This document shows, piece after piece, positions 27,816-40,842 of a stretch of DNA of 64,000 nt. How positions within the stretch are numbered: the stretch's first letter is position 1; every line of letters starts with the position of its first letter. The DNA is taken from NCBI GenBank assembly GCA_951406725.2, contig OX597823.1, positions 112,406,001 to 112,470,000 of the forward strand. The letters run 5' to 3'. A program made the translations under genes and the position numbers. The notes beneath the pieces were generated by a model. It made no database searches and had not been told where the DNA came from. It saw only the letters and a list, made by a program, of their open reading frames with translations. The stretch comes from Octopus vulgaris. Lineage: Eukaryota.

Positions 27816-28311
27816 TATTATTATTAATATTATTATTATTATTGAGTGAGAGAGCAGTGCATGCCATCAAAGTGACACTGGGATAAAATATACAAAGCCC
27901 AGCATAACCATCATGACAACCTGTCTGATAAGGGTACATCAGACACATGCATCACAACCAAGTGGTTGGCGTTAGGAAGGGCATTCAACTGTAGAAACTC
28001 TACCAGATCAGATTGGAGCCTGGTGCAGCCATCTGGTTCGCCAGTCCTCAGTCAAATCGTCCAACCCATGCTAGCATGGAAAGCGGACATTAAATGATGA
28101 TGATGATGATCTTATTTACTCCTAAGTTTAGGAGCCATGCTCTACCATGGCTGCAGTTCAATGACCGTAACAAGTAAAGATAGAAGAAAACCATACGAGT
28201 ATAATGTAATATACATATATACACTTCTTTACATGAATCTTTTTGCTCTTGTTTATAAACCAAATGTGGGAATCTATCTATCTCTCTCTCTCTTATATGT
28301 GTGTGTGTAAC

Positions 28312-28343
<32 letters not shown>

Positions 28344-28359
28344 CACACACATATATATG

Positions 28360-28390
<31 letters not shown>

Positions 28391-28677
28391 CACGTAGCAT
28401 ATATTGCTACACATCGCTGGTCACACAATGCGCTTTGCATTGTTCTAACCTTCAGATGACACCATCCCGCTGGCTAAGTGGGCAGGCCAACAGAAGAAAG
28501 GGAGAAAGTTGCATCGAAAGAGTACACCAGGGATCGCCACCACCCCCTGCTGGAGCCTCATGGCGCTTTAGGTGTTTTTCGCTCAATAAACACTCACAAC
28601 GCCTGGTCTGGGAATCGAAACCATGATCCTATGAATGTGAGTACGCTGCCCTAACCACTGGGCCATTGCACCTCCAC
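28391..28677 (-). mobile_element. SINE family C, tail type 2
   Basis: Reverse complement of 24131-24443. Confidence 0.85.
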
Positions 28678-28768
28678 GTGTGTGTATATATATATGTGTA
28701 TGTATTTATACATATATGTGTGTGTGTGTATGTTATCTTTCTCTGTCAATTTTATTTAAATCTAATAG

Positions 28769-28822
28769 CGAAGGATACCTCATTTCAGTAGAAGCCTTAG
28801 TAGTCCTGATGTACCCATGTGA
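28769..28822 (+). CDS. Candidate terminal exon (phase 0: RRIPHFSRSLSSPDVPM*)
   Basis: T-rich tract ending CTAATAG|; followed by AU-rich UTR-like DNA and AATAAA near 29475; frame unknown. Confidence 0.38.
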   Translation, partial: RRIPHFSRSLSSPDVPM

Positions 28823-29141
28823 ATGGACATGCCAATTGTGACTTTCGCTTTCAAAATAATGATTGTTTTCCATATACCAGAAGGACGATTACTTCCCTTG
28901 AATTGTTGTTATTGTTGTTGTTGTTGATGTTATCACTGCTGATGTAGTTCTTTTTCTATGTTATTGCTTATTTTTTGTTCTTTATTTATGTTATGCACTC
29001 TGGGAAAAAATTGTTTTTTGATTTGTGTGCTTTTGCATATAGAAAAATGATTTATTTTACAATCAGAGTATATTATTGGAAAATGATTTTTATATTTTCC
29101 CTTTATATGTTTGTCAGCAAAAAAAAAAAATATGTGTGTGC

Positions 29142-29187
<46 letters not shown>

Positions 29188-29320
29188 CACACACACACAC
29201 ACACTCCTATATATAAACACATACATGCATACATACATAAATACAAGCATAATACATATAAGTGTGTGTGCCTATGAATTTGTGTGTATTCATAGTGCAT
29301 ACATAGGTGTATACAGGTCA

Positions 29321-29351
<31 letters not shown>

Positions 29352-30384
29352 TATCCGCAATACAACACACACTCACCACTCTCAACAATCACCCATACAC
29401 ATATATTCGCGCACTACACACACTTCACAAAATATATACTATACAAAAGATCAGAAGTGACTGCTATATATTACAATAAATACATGCAAAGATTCACAAT
29501 GGAACCAGTTTGATATCATATGACATATGATAGACAAGTTTAAATAGTTTGGCTTTATATAAAATCCTTCAAATGAAGAATATTCCAGAATAATTCCAAG
29601 GAAGACTTACCGTGATTTGCTGGTGTTTTTTTTTTTTTTTTTTTTTTTTTTTTTGTTTTTTTACCCTCAAAGAATTGCATTCAAATTTAGTATTTTTCTG
29701 GTTCTGCTTTATTTTATTTGGTGGTGTTCTTACTTTGTCTGCAACTTCAGATTGTGTTGTTATTTTTGCTGCTTCTGGTGTTGATGGTGGTGGTCGTGGT
29801 GGTGATGCTGGTTGATAATGGTTCTATTCTTATATTTGAAAACTTTTTCCAAGAAAGCCAGATATAGATTAGTTGGTCTGTGTCACATGTCCTTATGGAT
29901 ACAATCACCATCATGGTTCCTTCCGATTTTTGTTTTTTTTCCAATGGGTGTGCATAGAAATTTGGTTGTCAGCAAATTTTCTCTTTCTTTGCAGAGTATG
30001 GTTGCATCCATGTGGATAACTTTTGGTTCAAGTTCTTAAATTATATTATAAAAAAAAAACTTAAATTTCATCTTGAAGGCCTCATGTGTGCATATTTTTT
30101 CCTTTGTGTGCTAATTGTAAAATATGTGCAAGTACACAAGCATACAGCTTAGCAGTAACACTGATCCTCCTCCTCCTCCTCCTCCTCCTCACCACCACCA
30201 CCATCATCATCATCATCATTTTATATTTACTTCCCATAATGACATGGACTGGAGGATTCAAGAGGTTCAACAAGTAGTTGGAGGACCACGTTATGTGCCA
30301 GTGCTTGGCACATAAGTTAGAAACTGATATTTTGATATGAAAAAATATTGGCTTTATTAGTATTAAAGACCAATAACAAAATAT

Positions 30385-30456
<72 letters not shown>

Positions 30457-30477
30457 ATATGCATGTATATATATATG

Positions 30478-30588
<111 letters not shown>

Positions 30589-30684
30589 CGGGAAGATTTA
30601 TGAAAATAGACAAAAGACAAAGGCAGGTGGAGTACAAACAAACAACTGTATTAGTATGTCGCTCAGGAATATGAATAAAACAAG

Positions 30685-30722
30685 TCTTTTACGTTTCGAA
30701 CGTACGCTCTTCAACAGAAAGA
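30685..30722 (-). ncRNA. Minimal type-I hammerhead ribozyme-like motif (variant core)
   Basis: TCTTT-CTGTTGA-A-GAGC-GTAC-GTTC-GAAAC-GTA-AAAGA; stems I and II pair. Confidence 0.5.
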
Positions 30723-30786
30723 TACACAGAAAAGAAACACAGAAAGAAACAAGGAGAGAAAAAAATGTGTGCAGAGGCTAGCGAAT

Positions 30787-30872
<86 letters not shown>

Positions 30873-30874
30873 AT

Positions 30875-31092
30875 ATATGTTTGTGTGTCTGTGTTTGTGT
30901 CCCCCCAACATCGCTTGACAACTGATGATGGTGTGTTTACGTCCCCGTAACTTAGCAGTTCAGCAAAAGAGACCGATAGAATAAGTACTAGGCTTACAAA
31001 GAATAAGTCATGGAGTCAATTTGCTCAACTAAAGGCAGTGCTCCAGCATGGCCACAGTCAAATGACTGAAACAAGTAAAAGAGTAAAGAGAG
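30875..31092 (+). mobile_element. SINE family B, 3' half
   Basis: Matches the family B tail. Confidence 0.85.
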
Positions 31093-31344
31093 TAATAGAC
31101 TTCAGTGCTCTGTCAGATATGTCTTGACCAGATTAATCACCGATTCCTATCTGCAGTTTTATTCGGAATCTCACACATAGTAACAGATTTGATTCAACCA
31201 CAGAACCTTCATTTCTGAACTAACATTAGTAACACGCTTATCAATGATGCCAATGATGTGTGTACTATAGAATATGGTGAGTGTGAGTGTTACCGTCATT
31301 GGCTTTGAAATACCAGTTCTCTGTACAAATCTGATGCTGCGTAT

Positions 31345-31670
31345 CATCAACATCATCATCATCATCATCATTTAATATCTGCTTTCCATGCTAGCATGAG
31401 TTGGACGATTTGACTGAGGGCTGGCGAACCAGATGGCTGCACCAGGCTTCAATCTTGATCTGGCAGAGTTTCTACAGCTGGATGCCCTTCTTAACACCAA
31501 CTAGTCCGAGGTTGTAGTGGGTGCTTTTACGTGCCACCGTCAGGGGCCAGTAAGGCAATGCTGGTAACGATTACGCTCGAATGGTGTCTTTTACGTGCCA
31601 CCAGCATAGAGGCCAGATAGCCGCTCTGGCAATGATCATGCTCGGATGGTGCTCTTAATACCCTAGCAGC
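31345..31670 (-). mobile_element. Family D copy
   Basis: (CAT)n then TTCCATGCTAGCATG. Confidence 0.8.
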
Positions 31671-32293
31671 AGTTATAAGGCATGTAAAGATGGTCAGAAA
31701 TCAAACTGGCGAAATCGTTTAGATGTAAATATTAATAAATGTTTCATCTTTAAAGATGAGGTTAATGGTCCAAAAAAAAAAATCAATAATATATATTTTT
31801 TTTTTTTTTTCTTTTTGCTAGTCTGACCAACACTAGAATCCTTAAGAATCTAATGTTTTATATATTTATTTATAAAGCCTTGTTGATTGGTTGTAAACTA
31901 CCATAGCTTTAAAGGGGATTTTGACCATTAACAAAAAATATCTTTTATATCTAAAGGTCAGTTTAATAGTCCAGGATATTATAATTGTATTAACAATAAC
32001 TCATCTTGGATATTTGAACATTTCATAAAAAAAAACACAACAAAATACAATAAAAAAAAAGTTACAAAATTGCTAAAGTCAGAACTTTTGTACCGTGAAG
32101 AGAAGTGAGTTCTGACATTTCAGCCAAGGATCTTCAAAGACAGATACTAGCCAAAAGGTCAGAAATGTCCTCTTCCCACTGCATATGAACTTATGTTATT
32201 TTAGGAATGCTATAGGTTTTATAAATTGTGGCATGGACAATGATCCATAATTCACTGTGGTCAGTTTGATTTATTTAGTGAAACGCACACACA

Positions 32294-32330
<37 letters not shown>

Positions 32331-32450
32331 ATATACATATTTGTATACATACATGCACATATACAGACATGTGTGTGTATGTGTTGTAAGACATGTGGTC
32401 AGTTTTTATGTTTGTTGTGTAGATATATATATTTAGTTAACTAAGATAAG

Positions 32451-32501
<51 letters not shown>

Positions 32502-32567
32502 TAATCATGAAATATGCAGCAGTATGTATATATTATGATTATAAATGTTATATGTACAATAGATCTG

Positions 32568-32601
<34 letters not shown>

Positions 32602-32616
32602 AGTATGTATATATAT

Positions 32617-32826
32617 ACTCTTTTACTCTCTTACTCTTTTACTTGTTTCAGTCATTTGACTGCGGCCATGCTGGAGCACCGCCTTTAGTCGAGCAAATCG
32701 ACCCCGGGACTTATTCTTTGTAAGCCCAGTATTTATTCTATCGGTCTCTTTTGCCGAACCGCTAAGTGACGGGGACGTAAACACATCAGCATCGGTTGTC
32801 AAGCAATGCTAGGGGGACACACACAA

Positions 32827-32861
<35 letters not shown>

Positions 32862-32955
32862 CGACAGGCTTCTTTCAGTTTCCATCTACCAAATCCACTC
32901 ACAAGGCATTGGTCGGCCCAGGGCTATAGCAGAAGACACTTGCCCAAGATGCCAC
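32617..32955 (-). mobile_element. SINE family B, 5'-truncated
   Basis: Reverse complement of family B. Confidence 0.85.
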
Positions 32956-32964
32956 GTATATATA

Positions 32965-33196
32965 TATAAATTAGAGATAAAACCACTGTCATGCAACTCA
33001 AACAGTGATAGACATAAACCAATATATAAATAACCAATATATATATTATTTTTTTTAATAAATATATAACTTATAACTAGATCTCAAAAAGTATAAAATG
33101 AATGATAAATATATAATATATTATTTGTTATTTATGTATTGGTTTATGTCTATCACTGTTTGAGTTGCATGATAGTGGTTTTATCTCTAATTTATA
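32965..33196. repeat. 70-bp inverted repeat with ~92-bp AT-rich spacer
   Basis: 32965-33034 is the reverse complement of 33127-33196 with two differences. Confidence 0.92.
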
Positions 33197-33290
33197 TTTC
33201 ATTTATTTATACTGGGAAATTTGATTTATACTAAATTGAATTTTTCCCTGTAAGTTTGGAGTTAAACTCCCTAATATTATATATATATAT

Positions 33291-33601
33291 CTCCGTGATC
33301 ACCGTGACCGACCAGGCTATCAGATGTTGCTACACATCGCTGGTCACAATGCACTTCACATTGTTTTAGCCTTCAAATGACGCCACCCCACTAGCTAAGC
33401 GAGCAGGCTTACAGAAGAAAGAGTGAGAGAAAGTTGTAGCGAAAGATTACAACAGGGGTCGCCACCACCCCCTGCCGGAGCCTCGTGGAGCTTTAGGTGT
33501 TTTCGCTCAATAAACACTCACAACACTTGGTCTATGAATTGAAACCGCGATCCTACAACCACAAGTCCGCTGCCCTAACCACTGGACCATTGCGCCTCCA
33601 C
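33291..33601 (-). mobile_element. SINE family C, tail type 2
   Basis: Reverse complement of 24131-24443. Confidence 0.88.
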
Positions 33602-34299
33602 ACACATATATATACGTGTGTGTGTGTATAAATCCATGCATATTTGTATGATGGAGTAGCTTCCTTCCCAATCACATGGTCTCTGTGTTTCAATCCCACT
33701 GTGCCGCACCTCGTGCAAATATCTTCTGCTATAGTCTCTGTCTGACCAAATCCTTTTGAATCAATTTTTGAAACAAACTGAAAGAAGCCCATACATACAT
33801 ACATACACACATGCATACACACACACACACACATAAATTTAGTAAAACTGCTGGTCTTCCATAAAAAACCTTACCTGGACTTGTGCCTCGGAGGGTAACT
33901 TTCTAGGTGTAACCCCATGGTCTTTCAGGACCAAAAATTTAAGTCACAATATATGGATTCAACTAACCTGGTGGTACTCATAAAAAAAACTCCTTTATGT
34001 ATCATTCTACAAAACAAATAGAATATACAGTGCAATACAAGAGAAAACCATGAGGTATGTATAATTTCTGTATTGATCTAAAAGATTATATATATTAATG
34101 CAGACATGTATGTAATTTATTTATTATTAAATATGATAAAATCTATTATCTTTGTATGCTTTAAGTTATGAAACAATTTGTTTTGATATATGAATTTTTC
34201 AGCCGTTAAATAAATTTCGTCATGCTGTTTCTTTTATCATTTATATTTTATTTTATATATGTGTGTATGAATATATACATATATGAGTATATATATATA

Positions 34300-34693
34300 T
34301 CTATATATATAAAGCTGAAGTTGTGTGTGTGTGTGTGTGTGTGGCAGGTTTGGTAGCCTTCATTATCTCCTCCAAGACCCTGCAGCGCAAGTTGACCAAA
34401 ATTGAGACTATGATAGATGAAGGCTTACTCTTCATTCCGTAGAAGAAAATATTCAAATCACACCATGTTAAGATGAAAAGTTATTTACATCAAAAAGGTG
34501 CTTTTTTTCTATGAAAATCCCTATTTTTTACGATTTTTTTGACTGCTGTGTCTCCATTTTTCAGTGTATTTCAACCAGAAAAATGTTCACTTAAAGAGAA
34601 GAACAAGCTACATAATGTAAAATTTTTACTTTTCAAAAATTCCAATTCTAAAGGGTCGAAACAAACCCAAGTAATGCCGGGCTATACTGCTAA
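34300..34693 (+). mobile_element. Non-autonomous Helitron
   Basis: A|TC start, subterminal CCC..CGGG hairpin, CTAA|T end; collinear with 50556-50993. Confidence 0.78.
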
Positions 34694-35774
34694 TATATAT
34701 ATATATATATACACACTTGTATGCATGTATGTATGTTTGCCTATATATGTATATATATATGTGTGTGTATACACACACACACAGACATATATATGTATAT
34801 ACTATTTTATCTTATTTTATTTTTATTTATGCTTTATATTCATATTTCAAATTTGATATATTTCCTTTCATATATTAGGAAAAGATGGGGCTCCTTAACT
34901 GTGGTGAAGACATCCCATCAAGAAGAGGGAAACTTTGATATAAAACCAGGTCTTTAGTTGTTGAATGTCTCCTTAATAGCCCTGTACTCTGACTCATAGG
35001 GTAGACTAGGCTCTCCAGCTTGCTTACAGGGGCTTGTCTAGGAGATGGAAACCTCTGAAGAAAAGGCCTGAGGTGTGTTGTTCTTGGTATTGTGCACCAT
35101 ATTCCTGCTATCATCACTTTCAAAGAGTGTGTCTGGCTCTACACAAGCCTTCAACACTCAAATCAAATCATATGTGTGGGTTTTCTGACAACTCACATTT
35201 ATGCATTCAATATGGACCAGCTTCAACTTGCAAAAATCAAAAAGTCCTCTGGTGGGAGAGTGAAGGCAGCAGGGACAGGTAAAGGATATTACTGGAAGTC
35301 TCTTGCTGGATCTCTACACAGTTGCTGATCATTGGGTGAAGGCCATTTCAGCATAGACCCTGTGAGTAACTGTGCTGTCACTGTCCTCCAGTGGTGACAA
35401 AACAGGTCTATTTATACACAGCACTTCTATCCCCAACAGTAGGGAGGGCAAGAAAAGGAGCCACAAACACTACTTACTTACCTTAAACTTGGCAGCCTGC
35501 TGCAGCTGTCTGGTTATTCAGTAACGCAGTTGAAACATGAAGAAATCTAAGAATGTTGACCCTGGTTCTGGGAATGGGCACGCTCTCCAAGATAGTCACT
35601 GAGCACCAGAATGAAAAACAGCACTGGTTGCCCTTGAACTAAAGAAATGCAGCATTGATGTAGCTTCACTCATCTAACAGGATCGTCACAGTTAGAAGAA
35701 AGTAAAACCTTGAACTGAGCTGCATAGGAATGTCCACCTTGGATGAATACGTACTGCAACTGATTTCGATTTAA

Positions 35775-35995
35775 CCCTTTTGTTACCAACCCGGCCAAAA
35801 CCGGCTCTGGCTCTGCAGTACAAATGTCCTGTTTTCATAAGTTTTGAATTATAATCTTCCACCAAACCTTAGTCACAATTTATGATCCTAACACTAGCTG
35901 AATGATAACTAAGTTATTTTACTAAATTCTTTGTTATATTTAAAGTAATTGAAAGAAGCACAGAGCATCTCAAAATGAATACGGTAACGAAAGGG
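35775..35995. mobile_element. piggyBac-like MITE
   Basis: TTAA|CCCTTTTGTTACC ... GGTAACGAAAGGG|TTAA: TIRs with TTAA target-site duplication. Confidence 0.82.
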
Positions 35996-36695
35996 TTAAA
36001 TCAATTAAATACACATAACTGCTACTTCAATGGACACTCGGTCACGGATCCAGCAGAAACACATATCTGATGAGAATTTGATGAGAATAACAGCAATGTA
36101 TTTTTAAATAAATTCTGAAGACGTATAATTCCCCATTCTTCTATATGTTTTATTGATTATATACACACACCAAACAGGTTTCATTCTGTTTCTGCTTACC
36201 AAATCCACTTATACACAAGGCTTTGGTTGGCTTGGGGTTATAGCTGAAGACATTTACCCAAAGAGCTGTGCAATAAGAATGAATCCATAGCTGCATGGTT
36301 GGGAAGCAAACTTCCTAATCACTCATCTGTGCCTGTACCATAATGATATTCTGTCTTTTTTTATCTTTTAATCAGAAGGGTAGGCAGTGCTCATAATCCT
36401 ATGCATTGCTTCTGAGACTGGTCGCAAGTAAGGAGGTCTCCTCAAGCTGGAAACCTAGCATGAAAGAGGAATCCACAAAAGACATCTGCTGGTGTACGTG
36501 TTGGGGGTGGGGATGGGGACAGTATTGGTGTTGGGAGGGGGGTACTGGTATCATTTTATTGACCCTAAAGGAATGAAAGGCAAAGCTGATCAGAGTGAAA
36601 TTTGAACTCAGTGTATAGAGAGTCAAAACAAATAACACAATATATTCTTATTGAAACTCTACGGACTTTGTCATTTTGCAGCCTAAATTGTATGC

Positions 36696-36918
36696 TGCTG
36701 GCAGAAACATTAGCACGCCGGGCGAAATGCATAGCTGTATTTCGTCTGTCGATACGTTCCGAGTTCAAATCCCGCCAAGGTTGACTTTGGCTTTCATCCT
36801 TTCAGGGTCGATAAATTAAGTACCAGTTATGCACTGGGGTCGATGTAATCGACTTAATCCCTTTGTCTGTCCTTGTTTGTCCCCTCTGTGTGTAGCCCCT
36901 TGTGGGTAGTAAAGAAAT
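36696..36918 (+). mobile_element. SINE family A
   Basis: Collinear with 4783-5014. Confidence 0.88.
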
Positions 36919-36924
36919 ATATAA

Positions 36925-37205
36925 TGTATGATGCTGTCTATAGTATTGCCGTATGCCCCTGTACTGTGTGACACTGTGTCACTGTTTATAGTAATACTGT
37001 ATGTCCACTGTTTTGCATGCTACTGACCATAGTAAATCTGTATGTCTGGTTAGAGTGTTTGATGCTGTTCATCGTAGTGTTGTATGGGTTTGACACTGTC
37101 CATAATAAAGCTGTATGTCCACTAGATTGAGTGACACTGTCAATAGTAATGCTGTATGTCCACCACGGTGTGTGACACTCCCTATTGATAATGTATGTCC
37201 ATTAA
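36925..37205. repeat. Degenerate ~41-bp minisatellite, about 7 units
   Basis: Recurring ACACTGTC.ATAGTAA..CTGTATGTCCAC. Confidence 0.75.
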
Positions 37206-38193
37206 ATAACCGATGTTTAATGTGGTTAGCTACATTGGTCTTGCGGTTGCTTTATTAGATCATAGAGTTGTGTGTGACATACAGTTGCGGTCAGTTCTCG
37301 CAGTTACGGCCAGGCCAGAACTTGAAAGACAGAAATAAATGTAAAATAAGATGCAAGATAACATGTGATTGCAATTATGTGGTCATAACAATCTGTGAAT
37401 CGGAGTGGAGGAATAATGAGGTCATTCCAGCTGGCCATATATGCATAAAGAAGTGACCATGTCAGAGCAACGATAACGTTATTATGATGACATGTTTGGC
37501 CACCACCTCCGTCAGCAGCAACACCACAACTGACCCACCACCATGGCCACCACTGTCACTGTCTCTCTTGGTCAGCACCAGATTAGATACATCATCCCAT
37601 CACCATGTTTGCTTCTCAGTAACATAGCCGTGGTGGAGGGCAAGGCTGGAGGGGGGAAGTGTCGCTTAGACACACATCACATTGTGGAATGGACACATTA
37701 AGGCATCATAAAACATTGATGATACCACTACAACTACTGCTGATGTCGGTGCTGGTGCTGGTGCTACAGTTGCTGGTGATGGTGGTTGAGGTGGGGGTGG
37801 TGGGGTGGTTGAGGTGGGGGTGGTGGGGATGATGATGGTGGTGGTGGCGGCATTAGTGACTGCTGTTGTTGCTGCTGCTACTGCAGTTGCTGTCACCACC
37901 ACCAACACCAGCAGCAGCACTGCCAGCACCACCACCACCATCAGCAGCACCGCCATAGACATATCATGATTGTATATAAGACAGGATGGCCATGGTAGGA
38001 AATAACCATTTCCAATCAAATAAGGACACACCTGCTAATATCTGAATAAACATATAAGATGGTCATGGGTGGATTGTCTTTGAAAATAAGTCAGCTTGAT
38101 CAGGTCTGACGCTCCACTAAACAGCAACAACAACAATATCTCTGCTATTAGCAATCACCATCACAGGTACTGAACAGCCTAGACATAATCATA

Positions 38194-39155
38194 AGGTGGT
38201 GAACTGGCAGAATCGTTAGCACGCAGGGCGAAATGCTTAGTGGTATTTCGTCTACCGTTACGTTCTGAGATCAAATTCTGCCGAGGTCGACTCTGCCTTT
38301 CATCCTTTCGGGGTCCATTAAATAATTATCAGTTACGCACTGGGGTCGATATAATCGACTTAATCCGTTTGTCTGTCCTTGTTTGTCCCCTCTGTTTAGC
38401 CCCTTGTGGGTAGTAAAGAAGTAGGTATTTCGTCTGCTGTTACGTTCTGAGTTCAAATTCCACCGAGGTCGACTTTGCCTTTCATCCTTTCGGGGTTGAT
38501 AAATTAAGTACCAGTTACGCACTGGGGTCGATATAATCGACTTAATCCGTTTGTTTCTCCTTGTTTGTCCTCTCTGTGTTTAGCCCCTTGTGGGTAGTAA
38601 AGAAATAGGTATTTCGTCTACCGTTACGTTCTGAGTTCAAATTGCGCCGAGGTCGACTTCACCTTTCATCCTTTCAGGGTCCATTAAATAAGTACCAGTT
38701 ACGCACTGGGGTCGATATAATCGACTTAATCTGTTTGTCTGTCCTTGTTTGTCCTCTCTGTTTAGCCCCTTGTGGGTAGTAAAGAAGTAGGTATTTCGTC
38801 TGCTGTTACGTTCTGAGTTCAAATTCCACCGAGGTTGACTTTGCCTTTCATCCTTTCGGGGTCCATTAAATAAGTATCAGTTACGTACTGGGGTCGATAT
38901 AATCAACTTAATCCCTTTGTCTGTCCTTGTTTGTCCCCTCTATGTTTAGCCCCTTGTGGGTAGTAAAGAAATAGGTATTTCGTCTGCCGCTACATTCTGA
39001 GTTCAAATTCCACCGAGGTCAACTTTCCCGTTCATCCTTTCGGGGTCGATAAATAAAGTACCAGTTATGCACTGGAGTAAATGTAATCAACTTAATCCTT
39101 TTGAATGTCCTTCTTTGTCCCCTCTAGGTTTAGCCCCTTGTGGGCAATAAAGAAA
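38194..39155 (+). repeat. Tandem array of five SINE-A bodies behind one head
   Basis: GGTATTTCGTCT unit starts at 38242, 38424, 38608, 38790 and 38974. Confidence 0.93.
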
Positions 39156-39689
39156 TATATACATAATCATTCAACATGTAAAAATAGCAACCAAATTTCC
39201 TAAATTCATATTGCCCTATCTTCAAATAGGATGGACACAAGAAACGTTTCAGTCTGAGATACTCAAAATAATAGTCAAGATTGACCTGTGGTTAAACATA
39301 ACTAGCAACTGCATTGATGTTTATAATTGTAGTTGTTGTTGTTATTGCTGTTGCCCCCCTTCTACAAAACATAACTTTGTCCTGATGAAGCAGAACTATG
39401 ATCAAAGACGAGCCAGAAATGGAATGGTTTGCTTGACATTTCTTAAAAGAAATTTGCCATTCCATTAAATACCTGTATTAGCACATTCTTCTCTGTTTCA
39501 TACAAAGTTCACCTCAGCCTTCCCCCATCTTCAGCATCCAATGTCCATCTTTGCTACCATGCATTATCACATTCCATACACAAATATCATACAATCTGGT
39601 CTGTGACTAAATTGAAAAAACCCTTGTTTACAACAGAACTTTTTTACCTGAAATTGTTTACCTGAACTCTGCAATGGTGTATTTTTCTA

Positions 39690-39930
39690 TTGGCCTCCGT
39701 GTCGGTGGCACGTAAAAAGCACCATCCGTTCATGGCCGTTTGCCAGCCTCCTCTGGCACCTGTGCCGGTGGCACGAAAAAGCACCCACTACTCAGAACGG
39801 CCTGGACTGGCTTCTGTGCCGGTGGCACATAAAAAGCACCATCTGAACGTGGCAGATGCCAGTGCCACCTCGACTGGCTTCTGTGCCAGTGGCACGTAAA
39901 AAAGCACCATCCGAGCGTGACCGATGCCAA
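39690..39930 (+). repeat. Family D subrepeats only
   Basis: Four GTGGCAC..AAAAAGCACC units. Confidence 0.8.
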
Positions 39931-40630
39931 CTAATGCTGGTGCATTTGAATCCCACTGCATAGCACCTTAGGAATGTGTCTTCTACTATAGCCTGAGGTC
40001 GACCAATGCCTTGTCATCTGTCAACAATATAATTTGGCGTGATTTTATACCACATGAGTCCTTATGAGAGATCCTCTCAAGGGAAATAATGCAGGATACT
40101 GTGTTCTGATACATCCTCCTTGTAAGGCTGGAGGTCAAGATTACCTTTTGGTATATAAAAGTGTGTGAGTGTGTATGAAAATGAGTGCTTAACACTACAT
40201 TGGTAGATATGAAGTATATATATATATATACATATATATTCTTATACCTGCAATATATATTATATTGTTTTATAAACTGTATTCTAATTTCTATCACTCT
40301 ATGTGGTAACAAACCAAACTATTTTCTAAATATGGTTGCATTAGAAACTGGTAAGATGCTGATATTCTATGTCATCCTACCAGCAGGTACTATGATAGTC
40401 AATAAATTTTACTTTATATCCATTATACACCAAGTTTTACGTTTTATAATTATATCCCAAAATGAACAAAAACTTGAGAAAAATGATTTGTAAATATTAA
40501 GCTTTTCATGAATTATATTATTTTGGTTTTGATATTCAATATTCTTCAGTTTTGCATCTTTACATCTAAGCCTATACAGCTGTTATTTGAATATAAAACT
40601 TATACATTAGTCCTCACCAGCTATCGATTG

Positions 40631-40706
<76 letters not shown>

Positions 40707-40725
40707 GTCTGTCTGTCTGTCTGTA

Positions 40726-40842
<117 letters not shown>

